NCBI GenBank assembly: GCA_964511545.1
Contig: CAZEFS010000001.1
Span: 1-34,932, forward strand
Source: an uncultured Opitutales bacterium
GTDB taxonomy: Bacteria; Verrucomicrobiota; Verrucomicrobiia; Opitutales; CAZEFS01
DNA length: 34,932 nt
Direction of reading: 5' to 3'
The translations under genes were made by a program, and so were the position numbers. Under the pieces are notes generated by a model. The model saw nothing but the letters and a program-made list of their open reading frames with translations. It did not search any database and had not been told where the DNA came from. Below are positions 24,823 to 34,482 of this stretch, piece by piece (position 1 is the first letter of the stretch; the number at the start of each line of letters is the position of its first letter).

Positions 24823-26313
24823 TTATAGCTGCCTTAAGAACCAAGCGATAATTCCGATAAAGAATATGATTGCTAGGGGAATCCACAAAAGGCGAATACT
24901 CATCACCTCTGCTTCAATCAAGGGGAGGGGGGAGGCAGCACGAGCTCGGGAGCTCTTTTTCAAAAAACCATCATAGTGCCTTTGTAGAAGATAGGTCTCC
25001 ATTTGCTTCATTGTTTCAAGGACAACACCTACGGTGATAAGAGTACCTGTGCCACCAAAAAATAAGGCGACAGAATAGGGAATATGATAAGTAAAATAAA
25101 GAATATCAGGAAACAATGCAATGAGCGTCAGAAAAATGGAGCCTGCCAGAGTTAAACGAGTCATCACAAAATCAAGAAATTTTGCAGTAGCATCACCGGG
25201 CCGCACGCCAGGAATATAGCCACCATTTTTCTTAATTTCATCAGCAATTTGGACGGGTTTGAACATCATTGAAACCCAGAAGTAGCTAAATGCTAAAATA
25301 AGAAAGCCAAAGACTAAATAATAGAAAAGAGAGCCTTGTGTGAGACCATACGCCAGATGTTGAAAAAATTTAATCCCTGAAGCACCACCGAGATAAGCAA
25401 AAATTTGCTGAGGAAAAACCAATATAGCACTAGCAAAAATAACAGGCATAATACCTGAGTAATTAACCTTTAAAGGAAGAAAGGAAGATTGAGCGCTATA
25501 AAGCTTACGCCCTACCATTCTCTGAGCATACTGTACCGGGATTTTTCGTTGAACCTGAGTCACAGCCACCATTGCAGCAATGACCAGTAGCAATAAACTC
25601 ACCAAAAGCAGCCCATGCACAAAGCCAAACTGAGGCCCTTCTGTACCCAACGGTGCAGTAAACATAAGCAAAAGCTGTGATACAGAGCTAGGCATTCCGG
25701 AAACAATTCCAACCGTAATAAGCAAAGATACACCATTACCAATGCCTCTTTCCGTGATTTGCTCTCCCAGCCACATCATGATACTAGTACCTGCTGTAAG
25801 AAAGAGGGTTGATCTTAATAAAAACCCGAATGGACTTGCAATCACAATAGGACCATATGAGCTCAAACTATAACCCGGAAACAAACGCTCTGGGTAATTC
25901 AGCAAAGCCAAAAGCAGTAAAACAGACTGAACTAAACAAATAATAATGGTTAAGTAACGAGTGAGCTGAACAATTTTTTGACGGCCCACATCTCCTTCTT
26001 GTTGTAAACGAGCTAAAGAAGGTAAGGCAGCAGTCATTAATTGCATAATAATAGAAGCACTGATATACGGCATGATACCTAATCCAAAAACGGCTCCTTT
26101 CATCAAAGCTCCCCCAGTAAACATATTAGCCAATCCTAATAAAGCGCTACTAGACTGTGCTTGAGCTGCAAAAAAAGCCTCTAGCGGCAAAGGATTAATA
26201 CCCGGCAGAGGTATATTGGAGCCTAAACGGGCCACAAAAACCAGGCCAAGGGTAAATAATATTCTTTGCCTTAGTTCTTGAATCTTAAAACAATTGGTAA
26301 AAACAGATAGCAT
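24823..26313 (-). CDS. secY: Preprotein translocase subunit SecY (496 aa, C-terminal extension of about 45 aa with an extra hydrophobic segment)
   Basis: 10-TM SecY pattern with GIMPYISASIIMQL, GEQITERGIGNGVSLLI and YDGFLKK, followed by ...MSIRLLWIPLAIIFFIGIIAWFLRQL. Confidence 0.96.
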   Translation of the reverse strand: MLSVFTNCFKIQELRQRILFTLGLVFVARLGSNIPLPGINPLPLEAFFAAQAQSSSALLGLANMFTGGALMKGAVFGLGIMPYISASIIMQLMTAALPSLARLQQEGDVGRQKIVQLTRYLTIIICLVQSVLLLLALLNYPERLFPGYSLSSYGPIVIASPFGFLLRSTLFLTAGTSIMMWLGEQITERGIGNGVSLLITVGIVSGMPSSVSQLLLMFTAPLGTEGPQFGFVHGLLLVSLLLLVIAAMVAVTQVQRKIPVQYAQRMVGRKLYSAQSSFLPLKVNYSGIMPVIFASAILVFPQQIFAYLGGASGIKFFQHLAYGLTQGSLFYYLVFGFLILAFSYFWVSMMFKPVQIADEIKKNGGYIPGVRPGDATAKFLDFVMTRLTLAGSIFLTLIALFPDILYFTYHIPYSVALFFGGTGTLITVGVVLETMKQMETYLLQRHYDGFLKKSSRARAASPLPLIEAEVMSIRLLWIPLAIIFFIGIIAWFLRQL

Positions 26314-26349
26314 GTAATTCTGTATTCAAAAAATATATCTACAATACTT

Positions 26350-26814
26350 TTAATCAGTATTTTCTAAAACTTGAGAGTGGATTTCAAACGCTTTACCACC
26401 TACAGTTTCAATTTTGACTTTAGCAGCAGCAGAAAACTTATGGGCTTTGATAGTGAGAGGCTTTGTCAGTTCGCCTTGAGCTAAAATCTTGTAACGCACT
26501 GAATTTGGGCGAATCAATCCAGCCTGAATTAGAGTCATGCGGTCTACAACCTCTACTCCCAGCAAAGCATCCAGGGATGATAAATTTACAACGTCATAAG
26601 CAATTCTATAATCAGCATTATTAAATCCTCTCTGGGGCAATCTTCTATAGTAAGGAATACCTGAGAAATTTATAGGCATATGATATCCCGAACGCGCCTT
26701 ATTTCCTTTATGACCTCGGCCAGAAGTCTTACCGTGACCTGTAGCACGCCCCTTACCCTTACGTTTCTTAGAATGAGTAGCCCCTGCAATTTTTGGTAAC
26801 TGATGAAGTTTCAT
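26350..26814 (-). CDS. rplO: 50S ribosomal protein L15
   Basis: KRKGKGRATGHGKTSGRGHKG motif, plus operon position. Confidence 0.96.
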   Translation of the reverse strand: MKLHQLPKIAGATHSKKRKGKGRATGHGKTSGRGHKGNKARSGYHMPINFSGIPYYRRLPQRGFNNADYRIAYDVVNLSSLDALLGVEVVDRMTLIQAGLIRPNSVRYKILAQGELTKPLTIKAHKFSAAAKVKIETVGGKAFEIHSQVLENTD

Positions 26815-26834
26815 AAAAATAGATCTTAAAATTT

Positions 26835-27377
26835 TTATTGACGGACACGTCGCATATCTTCTCTTGAGCGTAGCTGCCTTAAAGCATCCAGGGTGGCCTT
26901 CACCAAAGAGCCCTTATTATTAGAGCCCAAAGATTTTGATAGAACATCCTGTACTCCTGCATTTTCTAACATAGCTCTCACTGCTCCACCTGCCTTAATC
27001 CCTGTTCCTGGTGCCGCAGGCTTTAATAAAACTCTACTTCCTGAAGCCTTGCCGATAACAATATGAGGAATAGTAGTTCCTTGGAGGCAAATAGTATGCA
27101 GATGCCGGCTGCCGCGTTGGGTAGCTTTTTGCACAGCATCAGGAACTTCTTTTGCTTTTCCTTGGCCGATCCCTACGGATCCTTTTTGATTTCCTACTAC
27201 TACAAGCGCGTTAAAAGAAAAACGACGTCCTCCCTTATTACTTTTTGAAGAACGGCCTAAATTCACGAGTTTTTCTTTCAAAGCAGGCTTAGCATCACGG
27301 TCAGTAGATGATCTCGAGTCTGTACCCCTAGCGCCCTGTTTTCTGTTAGTATTTTTATTTTTATGGAAATGACTCAT
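26835..27377 (-). CDS. rpsE: 30S ribosomal protein S5 (N-terminal basic extension)
   Basis: [36 protein letters not shown]. Followed directly by rplO with no rpmD between. Confidence 0.96.
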   Translation of the reverse strand: MSHFHKNKNTNRKQGARGTDSRSSTDRDAKPALKEKLVNLGRSSKSNKGGRRFSFNALVVVGNQKGSVGIGQGKAKEVPDAVQKATQRGSRHLHTICLQGTTIPHIVIGKASGSRVLLKPAAPGTGIKAGGAVRAMLENAGVQDVLSKSLGSNNKGSLVKATLDALRQLRSREDMRRVRQ

Positions 27378-27388
27378 ATTAAAATGAT

Positions 27389-27754
27389 TTAGAATGACAA
27401 AAATTCTCGTGCAGCATCCGCAAAGGCCTTAACTGTTCCGTGATAGCGTCGACCATTACGGTCAAAAACAACTTTTTCTATGCCTATTTTTTTAGCTAAT
27501 TGACCGAGAGTTTTACCGCCTAATATAGCACCCTCAACATTTGGCTTCACACGGTCTTGGCCCTTAGAGCTTTTTTTTGACAGACTAGACCAGGATACCA
27601 AAGTAATTCCTGCTTCATCATCTATACACTGACTGTGAATGTGTTGGTTTGTAAATCTTACAGATAGACGAGGACATACTTTTGTACCTTTTACCTTTTT
27701 TCGAATACGGTAACGTCTTTTTTGAAGCACTTCTAGCTTTTTATCAATTCTCAT
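27389..27754 (-). CDS. rplR: 50S ribosomal protein L18
   Basis: [17 protein letters not shown]...[21 protein letters not shown]. Confidence 0.96.
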   Translation of the reverse strand: MRIDKKLEVLQKRRYRIRKKVKGTKVCPRLSVRFTNQHIHSQCIDDEAGITLVSWSSLSKKSSKGQDRVKPNVEGAILGGKTLGQLAKKIGIEKVVFDRNGRRYHGTVKAFADAAREFLSF

Positions 27755-27774
27755 AATACTCTAGTATTTAAATT

Positions 27775-28356
27775 TTATGAACTCTTTTTACCTTCTTTAC
27801 GGTGAACATATTGGCCGACAATAGTAACTCCCTTAGCCTTATAAGGCTCTACTTTTTTAAAGTGAAAAATATCTGCTGCAACCTTCCCTACTTGCTCCAA
27901 GCTCATTCCTTCTACTTTAATTTTTGTATTATCGGTTACAGTCAAGGTAATTCCCTCAGGAACTTGATACTGATCGGAATGCGATTTACCTAAAAACAAC
28001 TCAAGTGATTTTCCCTTTAAAACAGCACGGTAACCGGTCCCATTGATTTCTAAGTTTTTAGAAAATAAGTGTTGAACACCCTTCACCATACTCGCCACAA
28101 TAGAACGAGCTGTACCCTGCATCGCTTTAGCGAAACGGCTACCATCTCGTGGGGAAAATATAATTTGCTGTTCTTGAATACTAATTAGCACTGCTGGATC
28201 AAAAGTCTTTGTTAATTTTCCTTGAGGGCCTTGCACAGTGACTTGGTTATCTTGAAGACTAACCGTGACTCCTGCAGGAATGACAATAGGAGCACGACCT
28301 ACCCGACTAGTTTTAATAGATTTAGCTACAAAGGTTTCTTTTGTGGTGTTTTTCAT
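27775..28356 (-). CDS. rplF: 50S ribosomal protein L6
   Basis: SRVGRAPIVIPAGVTV...GTGYRA...VEPYKAKG. Confidence 0.96.
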   Translation of the reverse strand: MKNTTKETFVAKSIKTSRVGRAPIVIPAGVTVSLQDNQVTVQGPQGKLTKTFDPAVLISIQEQQIIFSPRDGSRFAKAMQGTARSIVASMVKGVQHLFSKNLEINGTGYRAVLKGKSLELFLGKSHSDQYQVPEGITLTVTDNTKIKVEGMSLEQVGKVAADIFHFKKVEPYKAKGVTIVGQYVHRKEGKKSS

Positions 28357-28374
28357 GGCAAAATATTTTTGGGG

Positions 28375-28779
28375 TTACCAAACTGTACAGAGTAGCTCTC
28401 CTCCTACTTTTTGAGAGCGAGCTTCTCTATCAGTCATAATCCCTTTAGAGGTCGTCAATATACCAAAACCCAAGCCTCCCAGTACCTTAGGAATAGCATC
28501 ACAACTATAATACAGTCTAAGGCCCGGCTTACTATGACGATTAATAGCGACTAAAGCTGGCACTTTATCTTGATTACCCAATCGGACATATTTTAGAGTA
28601 ATATCCAAGTAAGAGCGATTATTGGTTTCTTTGCGAACACTGTAGGCCGCAATAAAGCCTTTCTCAAGAAGAACTTTTGCAAGACCTTCTCGAAGCTTTG
28701 ACCAAGGAGCTGAACAATGCGACAGCTTGACCTGGTTAGCATTTCTTAAAATAGTAATAAAATCTCCTATTGTATCCAT
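28375..28779 (-). CDS. rpsH: 30S ribosomal protein S8
   Basis: DTIGDFITILRNAN...ILTTSKGIMTDREARSQKVGGELLCTVW. Confidence 0.97.
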   Translation of the reverse strand: MDTIGDFITILRNANQVKLSHCSAPWSKLREGLAKVLLEKGFIAAYSVRKETNNRSYLDITLKYVRLGNQDKVPALVAINRHSKPGLRLYYSCDAIPKVLGGLGFGILTTSKGIMTDREARSQKVGGELLCTVW

Positions 28780-28797
28780 ATAAAAAAATATAAAGTC

Positions 28798-29103
28798 TTA
28801 CCAAGATGCTTTTGTGACCCCTGCTAAACAACCTGAAAGTGCCATTTCACGCAAGGTAATTCTTGAGATGCCAAAATAACGATAATAACCCCGCGGCCTC
28901 CCAGTAATAGAGCAACGATTACGAATGCGCGTAAACGAGGAATTCCTTGGAAGAGAATCTAGAGCCTCTTGCGTGCTATAAAATTCTTCCTCGGTGAGAT
29001 TTGGATTTTTTAGTTTCTCTTTCAATTCTTTACGTTTAGCGGCGTATTTTTGTGATAGCTGTATACGCTTGAGATTGCGTGCTATGGATGATTTTTTTGC
29101 CAT
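28798..29103 (-). CDS. rpsN: 30S ribosomal protein S14 (long, non-zinc form)
   Basis: [13 protein letters not shown]...[41 protein letters not shown]. Confidence 0.96.
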   Translation of the reverse strand: MAKKSSIARNLKRIQLSQKYAAKRKELKEKLKNPNLTEEEFYSTQEALDSLPRNSSFTRIRNRCSITGRPRGYYRYFGISRITLREMALSGCLAGVTKASW

Positions 29104-29113
29104 ATTAAATTAA

Positions 29114-29707
29114 TTAAGCAGCAGGAGCGGTTAATTCTTGTTGAGTAGATGGATTTGCTTTGCGGAAAGGCATATGCATGAGACCTAGTAGCTCTTTGGC
29201 TGCTTTATCTGTAGCAGCTGTAGTGACGATTGTAATATCCATACCGATATTTTTACGACCAGGCTCAGCTATGACTTGCGGAAAAATAGTATGATCTGCT
29301 ATACCAATAGTGTAGTTACCATGACCATCAAATTTATTTGGAAGGCCCCGAAAGTCTCTAATAGCGGGTAAAACCACAGAAATCAAAGTGTATAGAAACT
29401 CATACATGGGATTGCCACGAAGGGTAACTTTTATACCCGTTGGCATGCCTTTTCGAAGTTTAAAATTCGATATACTATCACGAGCAGAAGTAATAATGGG
29501 CCTTTGTCCTGCTATTTTACGAATAGACTCAAATGTTTCAGTGACTAAAGCGCCGTCACTGTCAGAGCTAATACGAGAATTAATGACAATTTTCTCTATA
29601 CAAGGAACTTGATGTTCATTCTTGCAGGACAAAAGAACCTTGAGCTTAGGTACAATACTGTCTTGATAGATTGCTTTTAATTGAGGCTTTTGATGCGTTG
29701 TTTTCAT
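29114..29707 (-). CDS. rplE: 50S ribosomal protein L5
   Basis: KIVINSRIS..., FKLRKGMPTGIKVTLRG and FDGHGNYTIGI. Confidence 0.96.
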   Translation of the reverse strand: MKTTHQKPQLKAIYQDSIVPKLKVLLSCKNEHQVPCIEKIVINSRISSDSDGALVTETFESIRKIAGQRPIITSARDSISNFKLRKGMPTGIKVTLRGNPMYEFLYTLISVVLPAIRDFRGLPNKFDGHGNYTIGIADHTIFPQVIAEPGRKNIGMDITIVTTAATDKAAKELLGLMHMPFRKANPSTQQELTAPAA

Positions 29708-29755
29708 TTCTAAAAAATTGAGTTGCGGCTGAGCATTCTGAAAAAATAGATTTTA

Positions 29756-30004
29756 TCAAGCTTTTTTAGCTTGATCGTATTTTTCAGCTGCCATGAGGTT
29801 GGAATAATGAATACTCCCCTCTTTTTCTATAATAGCTCCTTCGGGGTGCTGCTCACTTTTGCGTAAATGGCGCTTTATTAAAGCTACCCCCTCGACGCGA
29901 GCTCTATTTTTAGCTTTTAAAAATTCAAGAATCTTACCCCGTTTCCCCTTGTGAGAACCAGAAATAACGATGACTTCTTGACCAATTTTCAATTTTTGAC
30001 TCAT
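29756..30004 (-). CDS. rplX: 50S ribosomal protein L24 (short, 82 aa; TGA stop)
   Basis: KOW motif GQEVIVISGSHKGKRGKI, plus operon position. Confidence 0.93.
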   Translation of the reverse strand: MSQKLKIGQEVIVISGSHKGKRGKILEFLKAKNRARVEGVALIKRHLRKSEQHPEGAIIEKEGSIHYSNLMAAEKYDQAKKA

Positions 30005-30010
30005 ATATGA

Positions 30011-30373
30011 TTAAAGTACTCCCTGGGCTAAAGATACTATTTTCATGAATTTTTTACGCACTTCACGGGCTACAGGTCCGAAAATACGGGTTCCCTTAGG
30101 ATTGCCATCTGTACCAATAATAACACAAGCATTTTCACCAAAACGAAGGTAAGAACCATCATCTCGGGCAATGGGATAACAGGTACGGACAATCACCGCA
30201 TCGCAAACGGTTCCCTTCTTGGCAACAGCATCTGGAGAGCTCTCAAGAATAGAAACCTTAATTACGTCTCCCACCCTAGCAGTAGATGAGACTTGTCCTA
30301 AACGGCGAATCATTTTGGCTTTTTTAGCGCCAGTATTATCGGCTACCTCCAAAACTGTTTCCATTTGAATCAT
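30011..30373 (-). CDS. rplN: 50S ribosomal protein L14
   Basis: [18 protein letters not shown]...[10 protein letters not shown]...[13 protein letters not shown]. Confidence 0.97.
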   Translation of the reverse strand: MIQMETVLEVADNTGAKKAKMIRRLGQVSSTARVGDVIKVSILESSPDAVAKKGTVCDAVIVRTCYPIARDDGSYLRFGENACVIIGTDGNPKGTRIFGPVAREVRKKFMKIVSLAQGVL

Positions 30374-30403
30374 AAATATTTCCTCTTTATTTTTCTTTAA
30401 ATC

Positions 30404-30676
30404 TTAAGCTGATTTAGGAGCTTTTTGAACAATAGATAAAATACGCCAACGCTTTGTTTTGCTCAAGGGGCGGGCAGTTATAAGCTGCACTTTATCCCCC
30501 ACTGCACAGGCATTGCTCTCATCATGGGCGATCATTGTAGTTTCACAATTAATTTGCTTTTGATAGACAGGATGCGGTTTTGTGTAGGAAGAAGTCACCT
30601 TGACGGTTTTTTCTCCACAACGACTGACCACGACTCCGGTGTATGTTTTCTTTTTTTTGGAAAGCGTATCTGACAT
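30404..30676 (-). CDS. rpsQ: 30S ribosomal protein S17
   Basis: GVVVSRCGEKTVKV....YQKQI....AHDESNACAVGDKV...ARPLSKTKRW. Confidence 0.95.
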   Translation of the reverse strand: MSDTLSKKKKTYTGVVVSRCGEKTVKVTSSYTKPHPVYQKQINCETTMIAHDESNACAVGDKVQLITARPLSKTKRWRILSIVQKAPKSA

Positions 30677-30694
30677 AAAATATAAATTTTGAGC

Positions 30695-30886
30695 TTATCT
30701 AGAAGTGTTTTCTTGAAGAACGGTTTTAAAACGAGCAATAGTACGCTTTAGAAAATTCACACGCGAAGGTTTTTCAAGGGATTTTATTTGTCTACGCAAT
30801 TGTATATGCAAGAGCTCGTCTTGAAACCCACGAAGCTGTACTTGAGCCTCATTGATGGATAATTCTCTGATTTCTTTAGCTTTCAT
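30695..30886 (-). CDS. rpmC: 50S ribosomal protein L29
   Basis: MKAKEIRELSINEAQVQL...ELLHIQLRRQ, plus operon position. Confidence 0.93.
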   Translation of the reverse strand: MKAKEIRELSINEAQVQLRGFQDELLHIQLRRQIKSLEKPSRVNFLKRTIARFKTVLQENTSR

Positions 30887-30891
30887 AAGTT

Positions 30892-31320
30892 TTAATATTT
30901 TTCTAATTCTTCACGGTTTAAGAAGCGACAGTGTAAAGGCAATTTAGTGTCAGCTAAGCGCATAGCTTCGCGAGCCAAACTAGCAGGGACACCTGCTACT
31001 TCAAACAAAATAACCCCCGGTTTAATAACAGCTACCCAGTATTCGACAGGACCTTTTCCACGCCCCATCCGAGTTTCTGCAGGCTTTTTAGTGACAGGTT
31101 TGTGAGGGAATACGCGCATCCACATTTTTCCTTTTCGCTTCAAATAGCGGTTAATTGCAACACGGGCTGCTTCTAGTTGGGCAGAGGTCAAAACCCCTCG
31201 TGTCAGGGATTGAATACCATAGTCACCAAAAGCCAAGTAGTCACCTCCTTTTGCATTACCTCGAATACGTCCTTTTTGAACTTTACGATACTTTGTTTTA
31301 GCTGGAAGAATATTAGCCAT
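30892..31320 (-). CDS. rplP: 50S ribosomal protein L16
   Basis: [17 protein letters not shown]...[14 protein letters not shown]...RMGRGKG. Confidence 0.97.
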   Translation of the reverse strand: MANILPAKTKYRKVQKGRIRGNAKGGDYLAFGDYGIQSLTRGVLTSAQLEAARVAINRYLKRKGKMWMRVFPHKPVTKKPAETRMGRGKGPVEYWVAVIKPGVILFEVAGVPASLAREAMRLADTKLPLHCRFLNREELEKY

Positions 31321-31354
31321 GATAGAAAAAACTTAAAATGATATCGAGGGAGAA

Positions 31355-32008
31355 TTAACTTTTACTTTTGTGAGCAATCCAACACTTGATCCCAATCAAA
31401 CCATAAATAGTTCTTGCTTCAAAGAAGCCGTAGTCTATAGGTTGGCGGAGAGTTTGCAAAGAAGCGGATCCGTCTTTTTGCTTTTCAGTTCGAGCTATTT
31501 CTGCACCGCCTAAGCGACCAGAACATTGCACTCGGATACCTTTTACTCCTAAACTCATAGCAGTTTGCACTGCTTTTTTTAATAGGCGACGAAAATGGGC
31601 TCTTTTTTCTATTTGCAAAGCAATGTTTTCAGCGACGAGTTGAGCATCGACTTCAGGCTTAGTTACTTCTTGGATTTCAAGAATTAAATCTAGAGCAGGA
31701 GCAGAAGGAAGGTTCGTTTTGTTAATTGCTTGCTTTAATTTATCACGCAATTTATCAAGCTCTTGGCCTTTGCGACCGATAATAACGCCTCGACGGCCTG
31801 AGTGGATAGTAACACGTAATCTTGACCCTGCACGCTCAATATCCACTTTTGACACTGCAGCAAAACGCAAGTGTTGAGTAATATAATCACGAATAATACG
31901 ATCGGCTCTAATATAGGCAGGAAAATCTTTTTTACTTGCGAAATAACGGCTGCGCCAATCTCTATCAACAACTAAACGAAAACCTTTTGGATGTGTTTTT
32001 TGACCCAT
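31355..32008 (-). CDS. rpsC: 30S ribosomal protein S3
   Basis: MGQKTHPKGFRL..., the KH domain, GIRVQCSGRLGGAEIARTE. Confidence 0.97.
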   Translation of the reverse strand: MGQKTHPKGFRLVVDRDWRSRYFASKKDFPAYIRADRIIRDYITQHLRFAAVSKVDIERAGSRLRVTIHSGRRGVIIGRKGQELDKLRDKLKQAINKTNLPSAPALDLILEIQEVTKPEVDAQLVAENIALQIEKRAHFRRLLKKAVQTAMSLGVKGIRVQCSGRLGGAEIARTEKQKDGSASLQTLRQPIDYGFFEARTIYGLIGIKCWIAHKSKS

Positions 32009-32017
32009 AATATAAAA

Positions 32018-32368
32018 TTAATTGGAGGATGAGAGAACAATACTGATATGTGTAGTACTCTTGTGAATAGGGTGCGCAGAACCTCTTGCAGCAGGCATGT
32101 ACCGCTTGATGGTAGTGCCTTGGTTAGCAGTGGCTTCTAAAATAGTTAATTTTGAAACCAAAAGACCATTGTTATTTTCAGCATTGGCAATGGCACTATT
32201 TAAAACTTTTAGAGTAAGTCGCGCAGCTTTGGTTGGTACAAATTTGAGGTACTGGGCTGCTTTTTCAGCATTCATCCCTCTAATAGGGTGTAGAATGTCT
32301 CGCACCTTCATGGGAGAGATACGGACAAACTTGGCTATGGCTTTTACTGTATTTGTCATAAGAATCAA
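32018..32368 (-). CDS. rplV: 50S ribosomal protein L22
   Basis: KFVRISPMKVRDILHPIRGMNAEKAAQYLKF...RGSAHPIHKSTTHISIVL. Confidence 0.96.
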   Translation of the reverse strand: MILMTNTVKAIAKFVRISPMKVRDILHPIRGMNAEKAAQYLKFVPTKAARLTLKVLNSAIANAENNNGLLVSKLTILEATANQGTTIKRYMPAARGSAHPIHKSTTHISIVLSSSN

Positions 32369-32378
32369 GAACTAAAAA

Positions 32379-32657
32379 TTATTTTTGAACCTTTTGAGTA
32401 GGCACGCTATGCCCTTTAAAGGTACGCGTAGGCGAAAACTCACCTAAACGATGACCAATCATATTGGTAGTAATATGGATAGAGTGGAAAGTTTTTCCAT
32501 TGTGAATCTCAAAGGTAAGGCCGACAAAATCAGGAGTCACCATAGATGCGCGGGCATAAGTTTTTATGGGTTTATGAGAATTGACTGCGCGGGCTTTCCT
32601 AACCTTGCTAGCTAGACTAGCATTGACGTAATAACCTTTTTTACTGGAACGTGACAT
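32379..32657 (-). CDS. rpsS: 30S ribosomal protein S19
   Basis: [11 protein letters not shown]...[32 protein letters not shown]. Confidence 0.97.
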   Translation of the reverse strand: MSRSSKKGYYVNASLASKVRKARAVNSHKPIKTYARASMVTPDFVGLTFEIHNGKTFHSIHITTNMIGHRLGEFSPTRTFKGHSVPTQKVQK

Positions 32658-32672
32658 AGAGTTATAAATTGA

Positions 32673-33524
32673 TTAATTTTTTTTCACTTTTCTACCATTA
32701 CGACGTATAATAATACGGCTATTAGTTATTTTTGAAAGGCGGCGAGTAGGTTTACCTTTTGCAAGTTGACCAAAAGGCGATTGAGGATGTTTACCCTTAG
32801 CCTTACCTTGACCTCCACCATGAGGGTGGTCGCAGGGGTTCATCACCATTCCCCTGACTCGTGGACGCTTGTTTTTCCAACGATTCCGTCCTGCCTTTCC
32901 GAGAGACTGGTCTTTATGGTAGCGATTCCCTACTTCCCCGATGGTCGCACGGCATTTTGCATCTACATAACGACGTTCACCACTTGGGAGTTTGACGATG
33001 GCCTGGGTAGTATCTATACCAATGAGCTCGGCACTATTACCAGCTCCCCGAGCAATTTTAGCACCCCTTCCAGGATATAACTCAAGGGAATGAATCTTCG
33101 TAGACGGAGGGATACGATACAAAGGAAGAGACATGCCCACTGGGTATTGCTCAACCTTTTGGTCTGTACTTAAAACCGACTGACCTACACTGAGCCCATC
33201 AGGAGCTATAATGTAGTGTTTCTCACCATCTTTATATGCGAGGAGAGCAATATTTGCTGAACGATTGGGATCGTACTCTATAGATTGGACAACGGCTGGA
33301 ATATCCAATTTTTTACGATAAAAATCAACCAAACGAATTCTGCGCTTATGACCACCTCCACGACGACGCGTAGTGATACGCCCGTAGCAGTTTCTTCCGC
33401 TAGAGCGTTTTTTGGAAGAAAGAAGTCCACGCTCTGGCTTTGCACCAGGAGTAAGCTCGGTGCGCTGATTAAGGATTAGAAAGCGCTGTGAAGGCGTGAG
33501 GGGCCTGAAAGTTTTTAGTGCCAT
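32673..33524 (-). CDS. rplB: 50S ribosomal protein L2
   Basis: GRNCYGRITTRRRGGGHKR..., GMVMNPCDHPHGGGQGK. Confidence 0.97.
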   Translation of the reverse strand: MALKTFRPLTPSQRFLILNQRTELTPGAKPERGLLSSKKRSSGRNCYGRITTRRRGGGHKRRIRLVDFYRKKLDIPAVVQSIEYDPNRSANIALLAYKDGEKHYIIAPDGLSVGQSVLSTDQKVEQYPVGMSLPLYRIPPSTKIHSLELYPGRGAKIARGAGNSAELIGIDTTQAIVKLPSGERRYVDAKCRATIGEVGNRYHKDQSLGKAGRNRWKNKRPRVRGMVMNPCDHPHGGGQGKAKGKHPQSPFGQLAKGKPTRRLSKITNSRIIIRRNGRKVKKN

Positions 33525-33533
33525 AGTAATGGA

Positions 33534-33824
33534 TTATGCGATTTCAATTTTATTTCCTTTGGCCAAGACAACTATAGCCTTTTTTAAATGAGAGGTACGC
33601 CCGATGCTGCCCTTGCGCCCCCTACTCCGCTTTAGTTTCCCTGGCTTATTGATAATATTCACTTTTAGTACCTTTACAGAAAATAATCGCTCTATAGCAT
33701 AGGCTACTTCGATACGATTAGCTGCAGGATGGATTTCAAATGTGTACTGATTGAGATCTGAGATTAATTGGTTTGTCTTCTCAGTGAATCGGATGTGTTT
33801 AATAACTTGGTCGATGGCTAACAT
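33534..33824 (-). CDS. rplW: 50S ribosomal protein L23
   Basis: Position between rplD and rplB. FEIHPAANRIEVAYAIERLFSVKVLKVNI. Confidence 0.94.
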   Translation of the reverse strand: MLAIDQVIKHIRFTEKTNQLISDLNQYTFEIHPAANRIEVAYAIERLFSVKVLKVNIINKPGKLKRSRGRKGSIGRTSHLKKAIVVLAKGNKIEIA

Positions 33825-33843
33825 AATAAAGAGTTCCGGTATA

Positions 33844-34470
33844 TTAAGCTGCAGAACGTTCTAATAGATACTCAAAAGCCCTCTGGCTTACCAAAACATA
33901 AGCATGATTGACAATATTTAAGGCATTCAGATTTTGAGCATACATTAAATCGACATAGGGTAAATTTCTAGCAGAGAGAATAGCGTTATCATTAAATTCT
34001 GTGTCTACTATGAGAATACGACCCCGTCTATTTAGATTTTTCACTAAAGCGTTAAAATTTTTTGTTTTAGGCTCTGTGATGTGCATTGCTTCAATAAGAG
34101 CGAGGCCATCTGTATGGATAGCATCAAAAATGGCTCTCTGAAAAGCAAGCAGCTTCACATTTTTATTAATTTTCTGTGAGTAGTCCCGAGGTTTTGGACC
34201 AAATACGACACCACCCTTAGTCCAAATAGGACTGCGTTTCTCACCATGCCGAGCATTACCAGTACCTTTTTGACGATAGGGCTTTTTTCCACTACCTGAA
34301 ACAGCTCCTCGATCCTTTGTGCAAGCATTCCCTTGACGCAAGTTAGCCTGATAGGCTTTGATGACTTGGTGTAGGGCAGCAACGCCTTTGTCTCCTTCGA
34401 AAATGCGAACGTTTGAGAAGTCGCGCTCCTCAAAGCTTGTTGCATCTTTATTATAAATTTTAACCTTCAT
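33844..34470 (-). CDS. rplD: 50S ribosomal protein L4
   Basis: GSGKKPYRQKGTGNARHGEKRSPIWTKGGVVFGPKPRDY. Confidence 0.96.
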   Translation of the reverse strand: MKVKIYNKDATSFEERDFSNVRIFEGDKGVAALHQVIKAYQANLRQGNACTKDRGAVSGSGKKPYRQKGTGNARHGEKRSPIWTKGGVVFGPKPRDYSQKINKNVKLLAFQRAIFDAIHTDGLALIEAMHITEPKTKNFNALVKNLNRRGRILIVDTEFNDNAILSARNLPYVDLMYAQNLNALNIVNHAYVLVSQRAFEYLLERSAA

Positions 34471-34482
34471 AGCTTTAATTAA

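Noticed and set aside
24794-24886. Long N-terminal extension of methionine aminopeptidase, as given in the ORF track
   Set aside because: It would overlap secY by 64 nt. The internal Met at 24793 is followed by the canonical Map N-terminus (IKT/PTKT-x-x-E-I-x-x-M). It is kept only as an alternative in the SecY finding.
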